Positions 1-8,465 are shown, numbered from the stretch's first letter. The stretch: 43,793 bases of DNA from an uncultured Thiotrichaceae bacterium (GCA_964421315.1 CAYQXD010000004.1:1-43793); one strand, 5' to 3'. Translations and numbers: made by a program. Notes: generated by a model not told the origin, from the sequence alone.

Positions 1-43
1 CATTCTTCATAAAAGCATGGATGCTGAATCCAATTTATTACAC

Positions 44-136
44 ACCTAACGTTTTGCATAACTTGACGGTTTTATACAGAGCAGAGTGAAACGGCGCGGC
101 GTATAAAACCGGTCAACGTTGATGCACTTGTTAGGC
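44..136 (-). other. attC: attC site (93 bp) of the first cassette of array 1
   Basis: Minus strand: R'' GCCTAAC overlaps the stop codon at 131; long imperfect palindrome (TTGACCGGTTTTATAC ... GTATAAAACCGTCAAG); R' GTTAGGT at 50..44. Confidence 0.93.
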
Positions 137-817
137 GATTTTATCTTTACCACCTGTAGCTTTGACCTTTTCAGTCTCCTCAACAAAATCTGCTATGCCT
201 GGAAATGAGCTTCTGCCTCCTGCAGCTTCTCTGAAGTTTTTTAGTATTGCATGTCCATCTTTTGCAGATACCAAATAACTAAATTGCTCTGATATTATCT
301 GTTTGTCAGCAAGGTTATGCCTCCATGCTGTCATTATTGTTTCTAATGTATTTAGGTAGGAAACGATTATCCATCGTATTTCTGCGGACTCGTTTTCAGA
401 TAAATCAATAGTTTTATTGTCATCCCATGATTTTATTTTTTCATCAGTTGTATCGGGAAGGCAACCTAAAATAAGATGTTTATTCTTTATATCTATTTTT
501 ATTGCATTTTCATTAAATAGTTCCTTAGACTGATTAAAGTCTAGTGTTTCTGCAAATTTTCGTGCAATTGAACCTCTTCTATTTAAGTTTGTGCTCCATT
601 CCACTAAAAGATTAATTGCGGTTTCACGCCTTGATCTTTCATGGTCAGCTCCTAGGTTTTTAGTTGAGAGTTCTAATTGTTTTGTGGATGTTTCTAATTG
701 CGCTACAGAAACTTTAACTTGTGCGAGTGCTGCCTTGAATTGCCCAATTGCGATAAAAATAACGCCTACACCAATAATAGATGCTATTGCTGTAATCCAA
801 TCTGGAATTGTTGCCAT
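131..817 (-). CDS. Integron gene cassette; N-terminal membrane anchor plus coiled coil, DUF4760-like protein
   Basis: Starts just after the attI core GTTAGGC with RBS GGAG (ORF track starts at 829) and ends in attC R''. The YLNTLE...W...LAD motif resembles DUF4760. Confidence 0.75.
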   Translation of the reverse strand: MATIPDWITAIASIIGVGVIFIAIGQFKAALAQVKVSVAQLETSTKQLELSTKNLGADHERSRRETAINLLVEWSTNLNRRGSIARKFAETLDFNQSKELFNENAIKIDIKNKHLILGCLPDTTDEKIKSWDDNKTIDLSENESAEIRWIIVSYLNTLETIMTAWRHNLADKQIISEQFSYLVSAKDGHAILKNFREAAGGRSSFPGIADFVEETEKVKATGGKDKIA

Positions 818-840
818 GCATGTCTCCATTAATTATTTTC

Positions 841-944
841 GCCTAACAGTTAAATATACAGCGCCGCAAAACTCCTGATTTCAGGTAGATATACAGCGGC
901 TCGGCTAACAGAGATAGTCAGCTCTGTATAACTCCGTTACAATT
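841..944 (-). other. attI: attI-1, integron recombination site upstream of and divergent from intI
   Basis: Core G|TTAGGC at 847..841 is complementary to the first cassette's R'' (9-bp TCGCCTAAC/GTTAGGCGA). Direct repeats CGCTGTATAT x2 and a second core-like GCTGAC-N7-GTTAGC. Extent is defined by the copy at 30642..30742. Confidence 0.88.
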
Positions 945-990
945 GGTTTAATTTAGGGAGTACATATTAATACGTCAAGGAGGACTTGTC

Positions 991-2382
991 ATGTCAGTAA
1001 GTGAATCGCCCACTCATCAGGCTTCTGTTGATCAGTTTTGGGGCAACTATCTGTTTATATTAGAAAAGAATGCTATCCCAAAGAACTCGATACCCTGGTA
1101 TCGCAAGCATGCTGAAGCCTATATAAGAGCCCACAAAAATACCCCTCTTAGCGGTCAAACTGGACAGGATATTGACTGCTATCTAAATGCAAAAGGCAGA
1201 CTAACAGAACTAAAAGAGTGGCAGTTTCGTCAAATTGCCGACGCAATACGGCTTTTATTTACCGAACTGATTCAACCTCAATGGTCAGAATCTTATGACT
1301 GGTTCCAATGGCGGGCATTTGCCAGGGAACTTGAACCTGATCACCCTACACTGATGAGGGATGCAGACCCTGGTAGCATTGTCGCACCATCGAGTAATCA
1401 ACATATTCTTCGTTTTAGAAAAAATTATCCTGAAACTCATCTGGCTTTCGTGAAAACGATACGTGTACGTCAAATGGCGGTTAAAACTGAAAAAACGTAT
1501 GAACAATGGATCGCCAGGTTTCTACGCTATTGTAATTGGCAAGAAATAGATAAGCTGGGTCTTGAAAACATCAAAAACTTTCTGGAATACCTTGCTGTAT
1601 CACGCAAGGTTTCAGGGTCAACACAAAAGGTCGCTTTGAATGCATTAATTTTTCTCTTTCGGGAGGTGCTGGGGCGGGATGTTGAAAATATCTTAACCTT
1701 TACCCGAGCATCATCAAAACAACGAATACCAACAGTACTTTCAGTTGACGAAATCAAGCGTTTATTAAAAGAGATGAATGGCCGATCAAAGCTGATGGCA
1801 TCATTAATGTATGGCACAGGTATGCGTGTCATGGAATGCACACGATTGAGGATTCAGGATATTGATTTTGATTACCAACAAATTACTGTTAGAGAAGCTA
1901 AAGGAAATAAACAACGAGTTGTTCCATTACCAGAGAAACTCATCCCATTGATTCGTACCCATCTTACTCAAGTGAAAGCAATACACGATGATGACCTTTC
2001 TGCAGGGTTTGGTGAAGTTTTATTACCTGCCGCTCTAGCTAGAAAAATGGGATCTGCTGCAAAAAGTTTCTCATGGCAATATGTTTTCCCAGCGACTCGA
2101 TTAGCTTTTGATTATCGAACCGGTAAAACACGCCGCCATCATATCCATGAAACCGGTTTACAAAAAGCGATAAGAAACGCGGCTAGAAAAGCAAATTTCA
2201 CTAAAAGAGTGACTAGCCACACACTACGTCACTCTTTTGCTACACATCTACTGGAATCAGGGAAGGATATTCGTCTAATTCAGGAGTTGTTAGGTCATGC
2301 TGATGTCAGCACGACTATGATATATACCCATGTAATTAAAAAAGGCGGACTGGCCGTTAAAAGCCCATTTGATGCCTTATAG
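991..2382 (+). CDS. intI: Integron integrase (tyrosine recombinase) with ~130-aa N-terminal extension
   Basis: YGTGMR, KGNK, HTLRHSFATH, LLGH..V.TTMIY motifs; IntI-specific insertion (GFGEVLLPAALARK...WQYVFP...RRHH); adjacent attI and attC. Confidence 0.97.
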   Translation: MSVSESPTHQASVDQFWGNYLFILEKNAIPKNSIPWYRKHAEAYIRAHKNTPLSGQTGQDIDCYLNAKGRLTELKEWQFRQIADAIRLLFTELIQPQWSESYDWFQWRAFARELEPDHPTLMRDADPGSIVAPSSNQHILRFRKNYPETHLAFVKTIRVRQMAVKTEKTYEQWIARFLRYCNWQEIDKLGLENIKNFLEYLAVSRKVSGSTQKVALNALIFLFREVLGRDVENILTFTRASSKQRIPTVLSVDEIKRLLKEMNGRSKLMASLMYGTGMRVMECTRLRIQDIDFDYQQITVREAKGNKQRVVPLPEKLIPLIRTHLTQVKAIHDDDLSAGFGEVLLPAALARKMGSAAKSFSWQYVFPATRLAFDYRTGKTRRHHIHETGLQKAIRNAARKANFTKRVTSHTLRHSFATHLLESGKDIRLIQELLGHADVSTTMIYTHVIKKGGLAVKSPFDAL

Positions 2383-2392
2383 CGTAACTCTA

Positions 2393-2434
2393 CATAGGGT
2401 TGAATATGCTGTGTACAGCATATTCAACCCTATG
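2393..2434. terminator. Perfect 20-bp-arm inverted repeat between the convergent intI and csrA genes (bidirectional terminator or REP-like)
   Basis: CATAGGGTTGAATATGCTGT-gt-ACAGCATATTCAACCCTATG. Confidence 0.65.
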
Positions 2435-2438
2435 GGCT

Positions 2439-2618
2439 TCAAACGCTTTCTGCTTTTTCTTGCAAAATTCGCTGGTGAATTTCTTCACGGTTCACCACCA
2501 CGTTTTTAGGTGCATCAATGCCTATGCGTATTTGGTTGCCCTTTATTTCTAAAACCGTGATTTTTATATCATCCCCAATCATGATGGATTCATCTTTATT
2601 GCGTGTTAGTAATAACAT
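2439..2618 (-). CDS. csrA: Carbon storage regulator CsrA/RsmA homolog, 59 aa (not in the ORF track)
   Basis: Manual translation [59 protein letters not shown]; RBS AAGGAG upstream. Confidence 0.95.
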   Translation of the reverse strand: MLLLTRNKDESIMIGDDIKITVLEIKGNQIRIGIDAPKNVVVNREEIHQRILQEKAESV

Positions 2619-2656
2619 AATATCTCCTTATATTTACAAAATTATTTAAGTTTTAT

Positions 2657-2935
2657 TCACTGCGCTAGTAGCCAGTCTTCCCATTCTCTGGATATTTTTT
2701 TATCCGCTATTTTTTCAATTAAGCATTTCCTGGCATATTGGCTGGCATCATTCCTGCCTTCGTAATCGCCTAATCTGGATACTAAAGTATCCTGCAACCA
2801 TAACCTTACTACTTGATGTGCCTCAGCTGTACCCGGTACTCTTTTTAACTTGATTGCCATCATCTCGGATAGTATGTTATCCACTGAGATAGTGTTGCGC
2901 TTTTCCCCAAAGGTAATATGATAACGAGTGTGCAT
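2657..2935 (-). CDS. Small putative ribbon-helix-helix DNA-binding protein; paralog of 29819..30100
   Basis: Shares RYHI.FG.KR.TI.VD.ILSEMMAIKL...RLWLQDTLVS.LG.YEGRNDASQ with 29819..30100; start chosen by alignment. Confidence 0.75.
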   Translation of the reverse strand: MHTRYHITFGEKRNTISVDNILSEMMAIKLKRVPGTAEAHQVVRLWLQDTLVSRLGDYEGRNDASQYARKCLIEKIADKKISREWEDWLLAQ

Positions 2936-3079
2936 AAAAATAACCTGTTGCGTGATTTCACAGGATACTATTATATCCATAATGTGGGCAAGACAACCTA
3001 CAAAAAATAATCAAGCTGCCGCTTGAACCTTCATGGTTAGTTTATCCTCAAAAATGGGTGGAAAAACTGCGTGTGATAT

Positions 3080-3376
3080 TCATTTAGAATATTTCAGCCC
3101 GTGATGTTTAAAAAGAAGTCTCCCTTTTTCTTCTAAAGAAATATCGCCCTTTATCCATTGTTGCTCAAGCTCATAAGCAAACCCTTCAGTTAGTGGCTCA
3201 TAACCTTCCAGGGCTTCGGATGCCTCAACCCATTGCACAATAGCCATTCTCTCTTTACACTGAATCTCACGATCAACCAGGAAGCGCAAATGTTGCTGTG
3301 GTGAGCGATATTCCGCTTTGGCAATTGACCGTAAAGCATTCAATAAACCTTTATCAATTTTCATCGTTGTTTGCAT
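3080..3376 (-). CDS. Arc/RHH-like N-terminus fused to VbhA-like antitoxin domain
   Basis: C-terminal ASEALEG...QWIKGDISLEE resembles the VbhA-family S.xxEG motif; no Fic toxin adjacent. Confidence 0.55.
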   Translation of the reverse strand: MQTTMKIDKGLLNALRSIAKAEYRSPQQHLRFLVDREIQCKERMAIVQWVEASEALEGYEPLTEGFAYELEQQWIKGDISLEEKGRLLFKHHGLKYSK

Positions 3377-3414
3377 AATAAAACCTCACCACCTGGAAAT
3401 CACGCATGCGTGAT

Positions 3415-3774
3415 TCAGCGTAAATTTTTATAGAAACTTAGCTCTTTATTGGCATCGTCAATCATGACAATATCCGCGTGTAGCAACAATAAACGCCAGG
3501 CAGAATAAGGTATGTCTCTGTGATCTTTCGGGCTGGATGTCTTCCAGCGTCGAACCGTCGATGAGCCTTTTTTAGCGTTATAACTCACGCCTGTAATTTT
3601 TGCACAATCATTTTGTGACCAGCCAGCCAGTTTAATTAACTGGCTGACTTCTTCCGCACTGGGTGACTCATAATGTTGGTTCGAGTAAGGCAGTGTACAG
3701 GCTCTATTCCTGAATGCCTCCAGTGTTTGCGGCAGTACATCGCCAGCCGCATAGTTTGTATATTCATCTTGCAT
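3415..3774 (-). CDS. KorC-like HTH transcriptional repressor
   Basis: PSAEEV..LIKLAG...TVRRW...IPYSAW.LL resembles IncP KorC; RBS GGGAG before ATG at 3774. Confidence 0.7.
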   Translation of the reverse strand: MQDEYTNYAAGDVLPQTLEAFRNRACTLPYSNQHYESPSAEEVSQLIKLAGWSQNDCAKITGVSYNAKKGSSTVRRWKTSSPKDHRDIPYSAWRLLLLHADIVMIDDANKELSFYKNLR

Positions 3775-3802
3775 GGTTACTCTCCCATGTTTAAAAGGAC
3801 TG

Positions 3803-4249
3803 CTAGAGCAGTCCACGTTCCGCAAAAGATACCGACTCGCCTACACCAACAATAACGTGATCAAGAACGCGAATATCAATCATGCTAAGCGCAGAAACCA
3901 ATCTTTTAGTAATCGCTTCATCTGCACTTGAAGGCTCACAAAGACCGCTCGGGTGATTATGTGTAAAAATAACAGCGGCAGCATTTTGCGCCAGCGCTTC
4001 TTTCACCACTTCACGCGGGTAAACAGATGCACCGTCAATCGTACCGCGAAACAGCTCAACAAAAGCAATCAGATAATTGCGTTGATTTAAAAACAAAACA
4101 CCAAAAACTTCATGCTCATAATGAGCGATTGCTGTTTGACAATAATCTTTAACAACAACAGGTGATGTTAAACAATCATTGGTTAACAGTTTGCTGGCTA
4201 AAATTGATTTTGCTTGACTAAGAACTTCTAATTCAGAAGGTGTGAACAT
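3803..4249 (-). CDS. radC: RadC-family JAB domain protein
   Basis: HEVF.VLFLN, GTIDGASVYPREVVK, HNHPSG..EPS.AD, LDHVIVG motifs. Confidence 0.95.
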   Translation of the reverse strand: MFTPSELEVLSQAKSILASKLLTNDCLTSPVVVKDYCQTAIAHYEHEVFGVLFLNQRNYLIAFVELFRGTIDGASVYPREVVKEALAQNAAAVIFTHNHPSGLCEPSSADEAITKRLVSALSMIDIRVLDHVIVGVGESVSFAERGLL

Positions 4250-4299
4250 TGGATTAATCCCGTATTGTAGCCTTGGCTATTGCCCGGCTTTCAGTCTGT

Positions 4300-4328
4300 A
4301 TTATACCGCGCCATTGGCGCGGTTACAA
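4300..4328 (-). promoter_or_regulatory. Sigma70 promoter of the radC-korC operon with a palindromic operator filling the spacer
   Basis: Minus strand TTGTAA-ccgcgccaatggcgcgg(17 bp)-TATAAT; palindrome ACCGCGCCA-n-TGGCGCGGT. Confidence 0.8.
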
Positions 4329-4387
4329 GTAAAAAACAAATTTATTCCCCTGGTTAATTAGCGGTGAATTGTGTGACACAGTAAATT

Positions 4388-4795
4388 TCAACCGTGATTA
4401 CCTAATGCCTGGATAGCTGATTCAGCTAAAAAAGCAGAACGATTTTTAACGTTACCTTCTGCTACGTTCCGGTCGATTTGTTTAATCAATAATTTAGGAA
4501 GCGTGATTGTTACTTTTTCAGTTTTGCCTAAAAAGGCCGAAGTATCTACAGCCACGTATGACCATTGCGCGTCCTTGTAATCAGGATCATTGTAATAACG
4601 ATCAACAGGGGATGCTTGAGGGGCAATAATGCCGTCTTCTGCCAGAATTTCCAGATGATTATTAATAGCATCTCTAGCTGAAAACAACGCATCCTCAAGG
4701 GTATCGCCAGCAGAAAAACAACCTGCAATATCGGGAACAGTGACACCAAAACAGGAATTTTCATCTTTGTGTATGACAACGGGATAGTATTTCAT
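4388..4795 (-). CDS. hicB: HicB antitoxin
   Basis: YPVVIHKD...GVTVPDIAGCFSAGDTLEDA plus C-terminal RHH (KVTITLP...NRSAFLA). Confidence 0.93.
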   Translation of the reverse strand: MKYYPVVIHKDENSCFGVTVPDIAGCFSAGDTLEDALFSARDAINNHLEILAEDGIIAPQASPVDRYYNDPDYKDAQWSYVAVDTSAFLGKTEKVTITLPKLLIKQIDRNVAEGNVKNRSAFLAESAIQALGNHG

Positions 4796-4805
4796 AATTT
4801 ATACC

Positions 4806-4991
4806 TCACTTTTTCAACCCTGCCTGTTTTAAAATATTATTGACCGTGCCTTTTGGCAGGTCTTTCTTTGGGTGCGGGATAGTCACTAATCCGTTTATCT
4901 TATTGTGTTTAAAGTGGTGATGACTTCCTTTAGCTCTCACTAAATACCAGCCAGCACCTTCAATCAATTTAATTAGATCAGAACTTTTCAC
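4806..4991 (-). CDS. hicA: HicA mRNA interferase toxin
   Basis: GW...R.KGSHHHFKH...VTIPHPKKDLPKGT..ILKQAG. Confidence 0.95.
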   Translation of the reverse strand: MKSSDLIKLIEGAGWYLVRAKGSHHHFKHNKINGLVTIPHPKKDLPKGTVNNILKQAGLKK

Positions 4992-5078
4992 ACATAACCC
5001 CTTACTTCCATACTTTATATTATACCACTATACATACAATATTCACTATGTTTATACATATAATGGTATAATATTACT

Positions 5079-5864
5079 CTAAACAATACCCGCTTTCAAA
5101 ATCTTATCCGTAGTCGCAAAAATTTTCCTTGCTGATTTTTCTGGTATTGGCTGCCCCTTTAACCAGTGCTGAATGTAGCCGCGTGAATATTCAATGCCTT
5201 CCAGCCCTAGAACACTGCACAGAATATATGCCACGCTTTCAGCTTCAACTTCTTTGATGTCCTTCTTTGTTTTCTCGCTATCAACTTTCTTAAACTCTAC
5301 GGTATGTCCTAAAACAACGTGTGCGATTTCATGAAAACGGGTTTTATGAGGCAGAGCGGCAATAGGGGAAACAGCAATATCCCTGCCAGCCGCAAAACCC
5401 TGAACATTGCCATTTGGGTATTCAAAAGTAATTTCTGTTATATCTAAATTTTTTAACGCTTGCTTAACATCAAATTCAGGCAACTTTAATGGTGGCACCT
5501 CGTCACCCTCCGTATCAGACAATAAAAACCAGTTATTTTTAAAAATAAAGCTCTGGTATGTCTGCTCTTTTTCTTCGCCAGTTTTTTTGTCTTCGCCTTT
5601 ATATTTACGTGTAACGGGCATACATAATGAAATAGCCTTAGCCCCTTTTTTAACCTGTCTGTTTAGCCCTTTCCAGCCGTTGTAAGTATTAATGGGACTA
5701 ACTTCAATATCACGTTCAAGACACTGCATAAACGCCAGCATTTGATTGCCCAGGCTGTAATCATGAAAAGCAGAATAAGCCTGCGATAAAATGCCTTTTT
5801 TATTTACTGCCTCTTTTAATAAATCCGCCCAATTCACCTGATTATCTTTTTTATTTTGTTTCAC
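5079..5864 (-). CDS. ardC: ArdC-like ssDNA-binding antirestriction protein with HExxH metallopeptidase-like domain
   Basis: YS.GNQML, TYNGWK.LNRQVKKGAKAI, HEIAH, EVEAESVAY, S.GYIQHWL; likely GTG start at 5864 after GGAG. Confidence 0.82.
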   Translation of the reverse strand: MKQNKKDNQVNWADLLKEAVNKKGILSQAYSAFHDYSLGNQMLAFMQCLERDIEVSPINTYNGWKGLNRQVKKGAKAISLCMPVTRKYKGEDKKTGEEKEQTYQSFIFKNNWFLLSDTEGDEVPPLKLPEFDVKQALKNLDITEITFEYPNGNVQGFAAGRDIAVSPIAALPHKTRFHEIAHVVLGHTVEFKKVDSEKTKKDIKEVEAESVAYILCSVLGLEGIEYSRGYIQHWLKGQPIPEKSARKIFATTDKILKAGIV

Positions 5865-5900
5865 GTTTTTATCTCCGGTTTTAGTCTTTAAAAACAAACA

Positions 5901-6116
5901 CCCCTCTGGGGTTGAAAACCCCAAAAGAGGCGACCGGAGGAACGGAGGGAGCAAAGCCGGTGTTCTGGTGTAGTCAAGGCAGGGGGAACCGCCCAGGTTG
6001 ATTGATCGGAACGCAGTGGAGTGAAAAGCAAATAGGGGGATGCCTTGATGTAGCCAGGTTATCGGCTAGGCTCTTGTGTACCCAGAGGGGATGTAAAAAG
6101 CCGCCACGAAGCGGCT
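5901..6116 (+). promoter_or_regulatory. Frpo/ssi-like single-strand promoter hairpin upstream of ardC, followed by a GAAGCGG (pas-like) stem-loop
   Basis: Nested arms CCCCTCTGGG (5901)/CCCAGAGGGG (6081) and TCAAGGCA (5974)/TGCCTTGA (6041); the 3' arm carries TTGATG-16-TAGGCT. Confidence 0.65.
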
Positions 6117-6461
6117 AATAGACGGGTTTAAAGCGTGTTAACAAGGATGTTTACACGCAACGCACAAGGATGTGCTGCATGGTTTAGTGCTGTGCGTGTT
6201 TTGCACAGGACTATATGCAAAAACAAGTATGTAATTCATTTGAAAAGAGTCTGGAAGACGATAGCGAAAAGGATATGAAGGGCTTGTCCAGTGAGTTTTA
6301 TCCACTGGATGCAGCGATAGCGGAACCCGTAAAAGCCTGTCCGTAAGGTTCGCCCAGAAAAAACAAATAATTTTACTGCTATACAGAAGACATACCTTCA
6401 TTAGCTTGATACACTACTATCATCAGATGATAATATAAAACATCAAAAGAATAACAAGTAT

Positions 6462-6827
6462 ATGGGTAAAGATCCTGGATTAGATGTATTACTGGAACTA
6501 CATGGCACTGAATACACCGAAAACAACGGCTATTGGTACAAAATTGAGGCATGGCAGGTTAAACCTAACAAGGAGATACCCCACGGTATCCGCTATAGCT
6601 TGACGCTACACAACCACCATAACAAACGCATTATGGGATTCGATAACGCCCATGCTGTGAAATCAAGAAAAAAGGGTAAGTTTAAAGGACGGATCGTCGC
6701 TTACGATCACCAGCACAAATCAGCTATCGACAAAGGCACGCCCTATGTCTTCTCTAATGCACAGCAACTACTGAATGATTTTTTTATAGAAGTAAATCGA
6801 ATTTTGAAAGAGGCAGACAATGAGTAA
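6462..6827 (+). CDS. DUF6516/TumE-like putative toxin
   Basis: PHGIRYSLTLH....RIMGFDNAH...YDH.H...Y.F.NAQQLL.DFF motif; overlaps the downstream HTH gene. Confidence 0.75.
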   Translation: MGKDPGLDVLLELHGTEYTENNGYWYKIEAWQVKPNKEIPHGIRYSLTLHNHHNKRIMGFDNAHAVKSRKKGKFKGRIVAYDHQHKSAIDKGTPYVFSNAQQLLNDFFIEVNRILKEADNE

Positions 6828-7176
6828 ACTAAAAATTGGCATTATGCCCAGTGATCAATTTCAACGTCGCGTTCTTGATATTGCCGCTGGAAAAATCACC
6901 CCTAAACGCACAGAGCCAAAAATATGGTTTAGCTCGATGAAATCATTAGGCGAAGTATTAAGTGACAATAACATCCGATTGCTAAAGCTGATCAACGAAC
7001 ACCATCCAGAAAGCCTGGGCGAACTCGCTCGCCTGAGTGGACGGCAAACAAGTAACCTCAGCCGCACACTTAAAACCATGGAGAAATACGGTATTGTTGA
7101 GCTAAAGAAACACGCCCAAAAAGTGCAGCCCGTTATTAAGGCAACCGAATTTGATATTCAATATGCTATCGGTTAA
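6820..7176 (+). CDS. HVO_A0114-like winged-helix protein, probable antitoxin
   Basis: IWFSSMKSL..VLS.NN..LL..I....PESL.ELA.LSGR..SNLSRTLKTME.YGIV. Confidence 0.78.
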   Translation: MSKLKIGIMPSDQFQRRVLDIAAGKITPKRTEPKIWFSSMKSLGEVLSDNNIRLLKLINEHHPESLGELARLSGRQTSNLSRTLKTMEKYGIVELKKHAQKVQPVIKATEFDIQYAIG

Positions 7177-7208
7177 TAAATTTAAACAGCTCGGAAATAA
7201 ATAAAGTC

Positions 7209-7598
7209 ATGGTTGAACGAATATTAAGAATCACCCTCGAAGCAACCTTTGGTTTGCCTCACGAAATATTAAAAAGACGGATTGATATTATAAGAAATAA
7301 GAATGGTGAATATTTCTCTAAATACACTGTGATTAATGAAGACCTAAAAAAAGAAACCGTCATGACAAGATTAATAGTTAGTGATGTTGATAAAATCATT
7401 GCATCATTATCAAAAATTAATGTTCCCGCGTTTCCAAAGCATCCAATGGGCTTTGATGGACAATACACTGAATTAGAAATAGGTGATTATTCAGGTAAGT
7501 CACATTTTCGTTGGTGGAGCGTTCCTCCTGTTGGATGGGAGGAGCTTGATAAAATCACAAAAAAAATAATTAGCTACTGCAATGTTGATGATGCCTGA
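7209..7598 (+). CDS. Hypothetical protein, probable former gene cassette
   Basis: 129-aa ORF whose stop codon lies in an attC-like R'' (GCCTGAC). Confidence 0.6.
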   Translation: MVERILRITLEATFGLPHEILKRRIDIIRNKNGEYFSKYTVINEDLKKETVMTRLIVSDVDKIIASLSKINVPAFPKHPMGFDGQYTELEIGDYSGKSHFRWWSVPPVGWEELDKITKKIISYCNVDDA

Positions 7599-7650
7599 CA
7601 AGGAAAATCAACTGGAACGTTAAAAGCACCGGTGATATGCGGTGTTATGT
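7593..7650 (+). other. attC: Degenerate attC site (58 bp)
   Basis: GCCTGAC (mutated TAAC)...ATCAaCTGG...CCGGTGAT...GTTATGT. Its core GTTATGTG is the exact complement of CACATAAC at the end of the next gene (8447..8454). Confidence 0.7.
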
Positions 7651-7670
7651 GAAGGAAATGAGGTCATAGA

Positions 7671-8453
7671 ATGGATTATTCACCCATCATCAATCAAGTA
7701 GTCAGCACTATTTGGTATTTAATACCAATCGGGATTATTGTAGTCATCTTCAAGTCACCCTGGTTCAAGGGTGTCATAGGGGAGCTTGTCGTCAATTTAT
7801 CGGCAAAATTAATGCTCAATAAACACACGTATCACCTGATAAAAAACGTAACACTGCCAACTAAAGACGGAAGCACTCAAATTGATCACATTATTGTTTC
7901 AATTTACGGGGTATTTGTAGTTGAAACAAAAAACATGAAGGGCTGGATATTTGGTAATCCAATACAGCCAATGTGGACACAAAAAATATACAAGCATTCT
8001 AATAGATTTCAAAATCCTCTGCATCAGAACTATAAGCATGTTAAGACGCTGGAATCCTTATTAGGCATAAATGAACAACAAATACATTCTGTAGTCGTGT
8101 TTGTTGGTGACAGTACATTTAAAACAAAAATGCCTGAAAATGTCACTTATGGTGGCGGTTATATCAAATTTATAAAATCAAAAAAAGAGCCAGTTATATC
8201 TGAATCAGAAGTAAATGAAATTACAAGTAAAATTGAAACTGGAAGACTTGCTCCATCTTATAAAACAAATTGTGCTCACGTAAAGCACGTAAAAAATATT
8301 ATTACTGAAAAAGAAAATATAAAAAATCAAGCATGTCCTAAATGCGGAAGCTCAATGGTACTGAGAGAAGCCAGAAAAGGGCAAAACATAGGTAAGAAAT
8401 TCTGGGGGTGCTCAAATTTCCCGAAATGCAGGGGTATCGCAAATACCACATAA
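7671..8453 (+). CDS. NERD nuclease domain plus topoisomerase C4 zinc ribbon protein (former cassette)
   Basis: TQIDHIIVS.YGVFVVETKNMKGWIFG, FQNPLHQN.KH, CPKCG...FWGCSNFPKC. Confidence 0.92.
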   Translation: MDYSPIINQVVSTIWYLIPIGIIVVIFKSPWFKGVIGELVVNLSAKLMLNKHTYHLIKNVTLPTKDGSTQIDHIIVSIYGVFVVETKNMKGWIFGNPIQPMWTQKIYKHSNRFQNPLHQNYKHVKTLESLLGINEQQIHSVVVFVGDSTFKTKMPENVTYGGGYIKFIKSKKEPVISESEVNEITSKIETGRLAPSYKTNCAHVKHVKNIITEKENIKNQACPKCGSSMVLREARKGQNIGKKFWGCSNFPKCRGIANTT

Positions 8454-8465
8454 CAACTCATGCTC

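Noticed and set aside
846-935. LexA box near intI (CTGTATAT motifs)
   Set aside because: Only half-sites; none completes CTGT-N8-ACAG. Better explained as attI repeats.
2393-2434. Protelomerase telomere-resolution site
   Set aside because: No TelN-like gene in the window, and the position between convergent genes fits a terminator.
6138-6401. 87-aa minus-strand ORF
   Set aside because: No recognisable motif; lies in the structured non-coding region beside the ssDNA hairpin.
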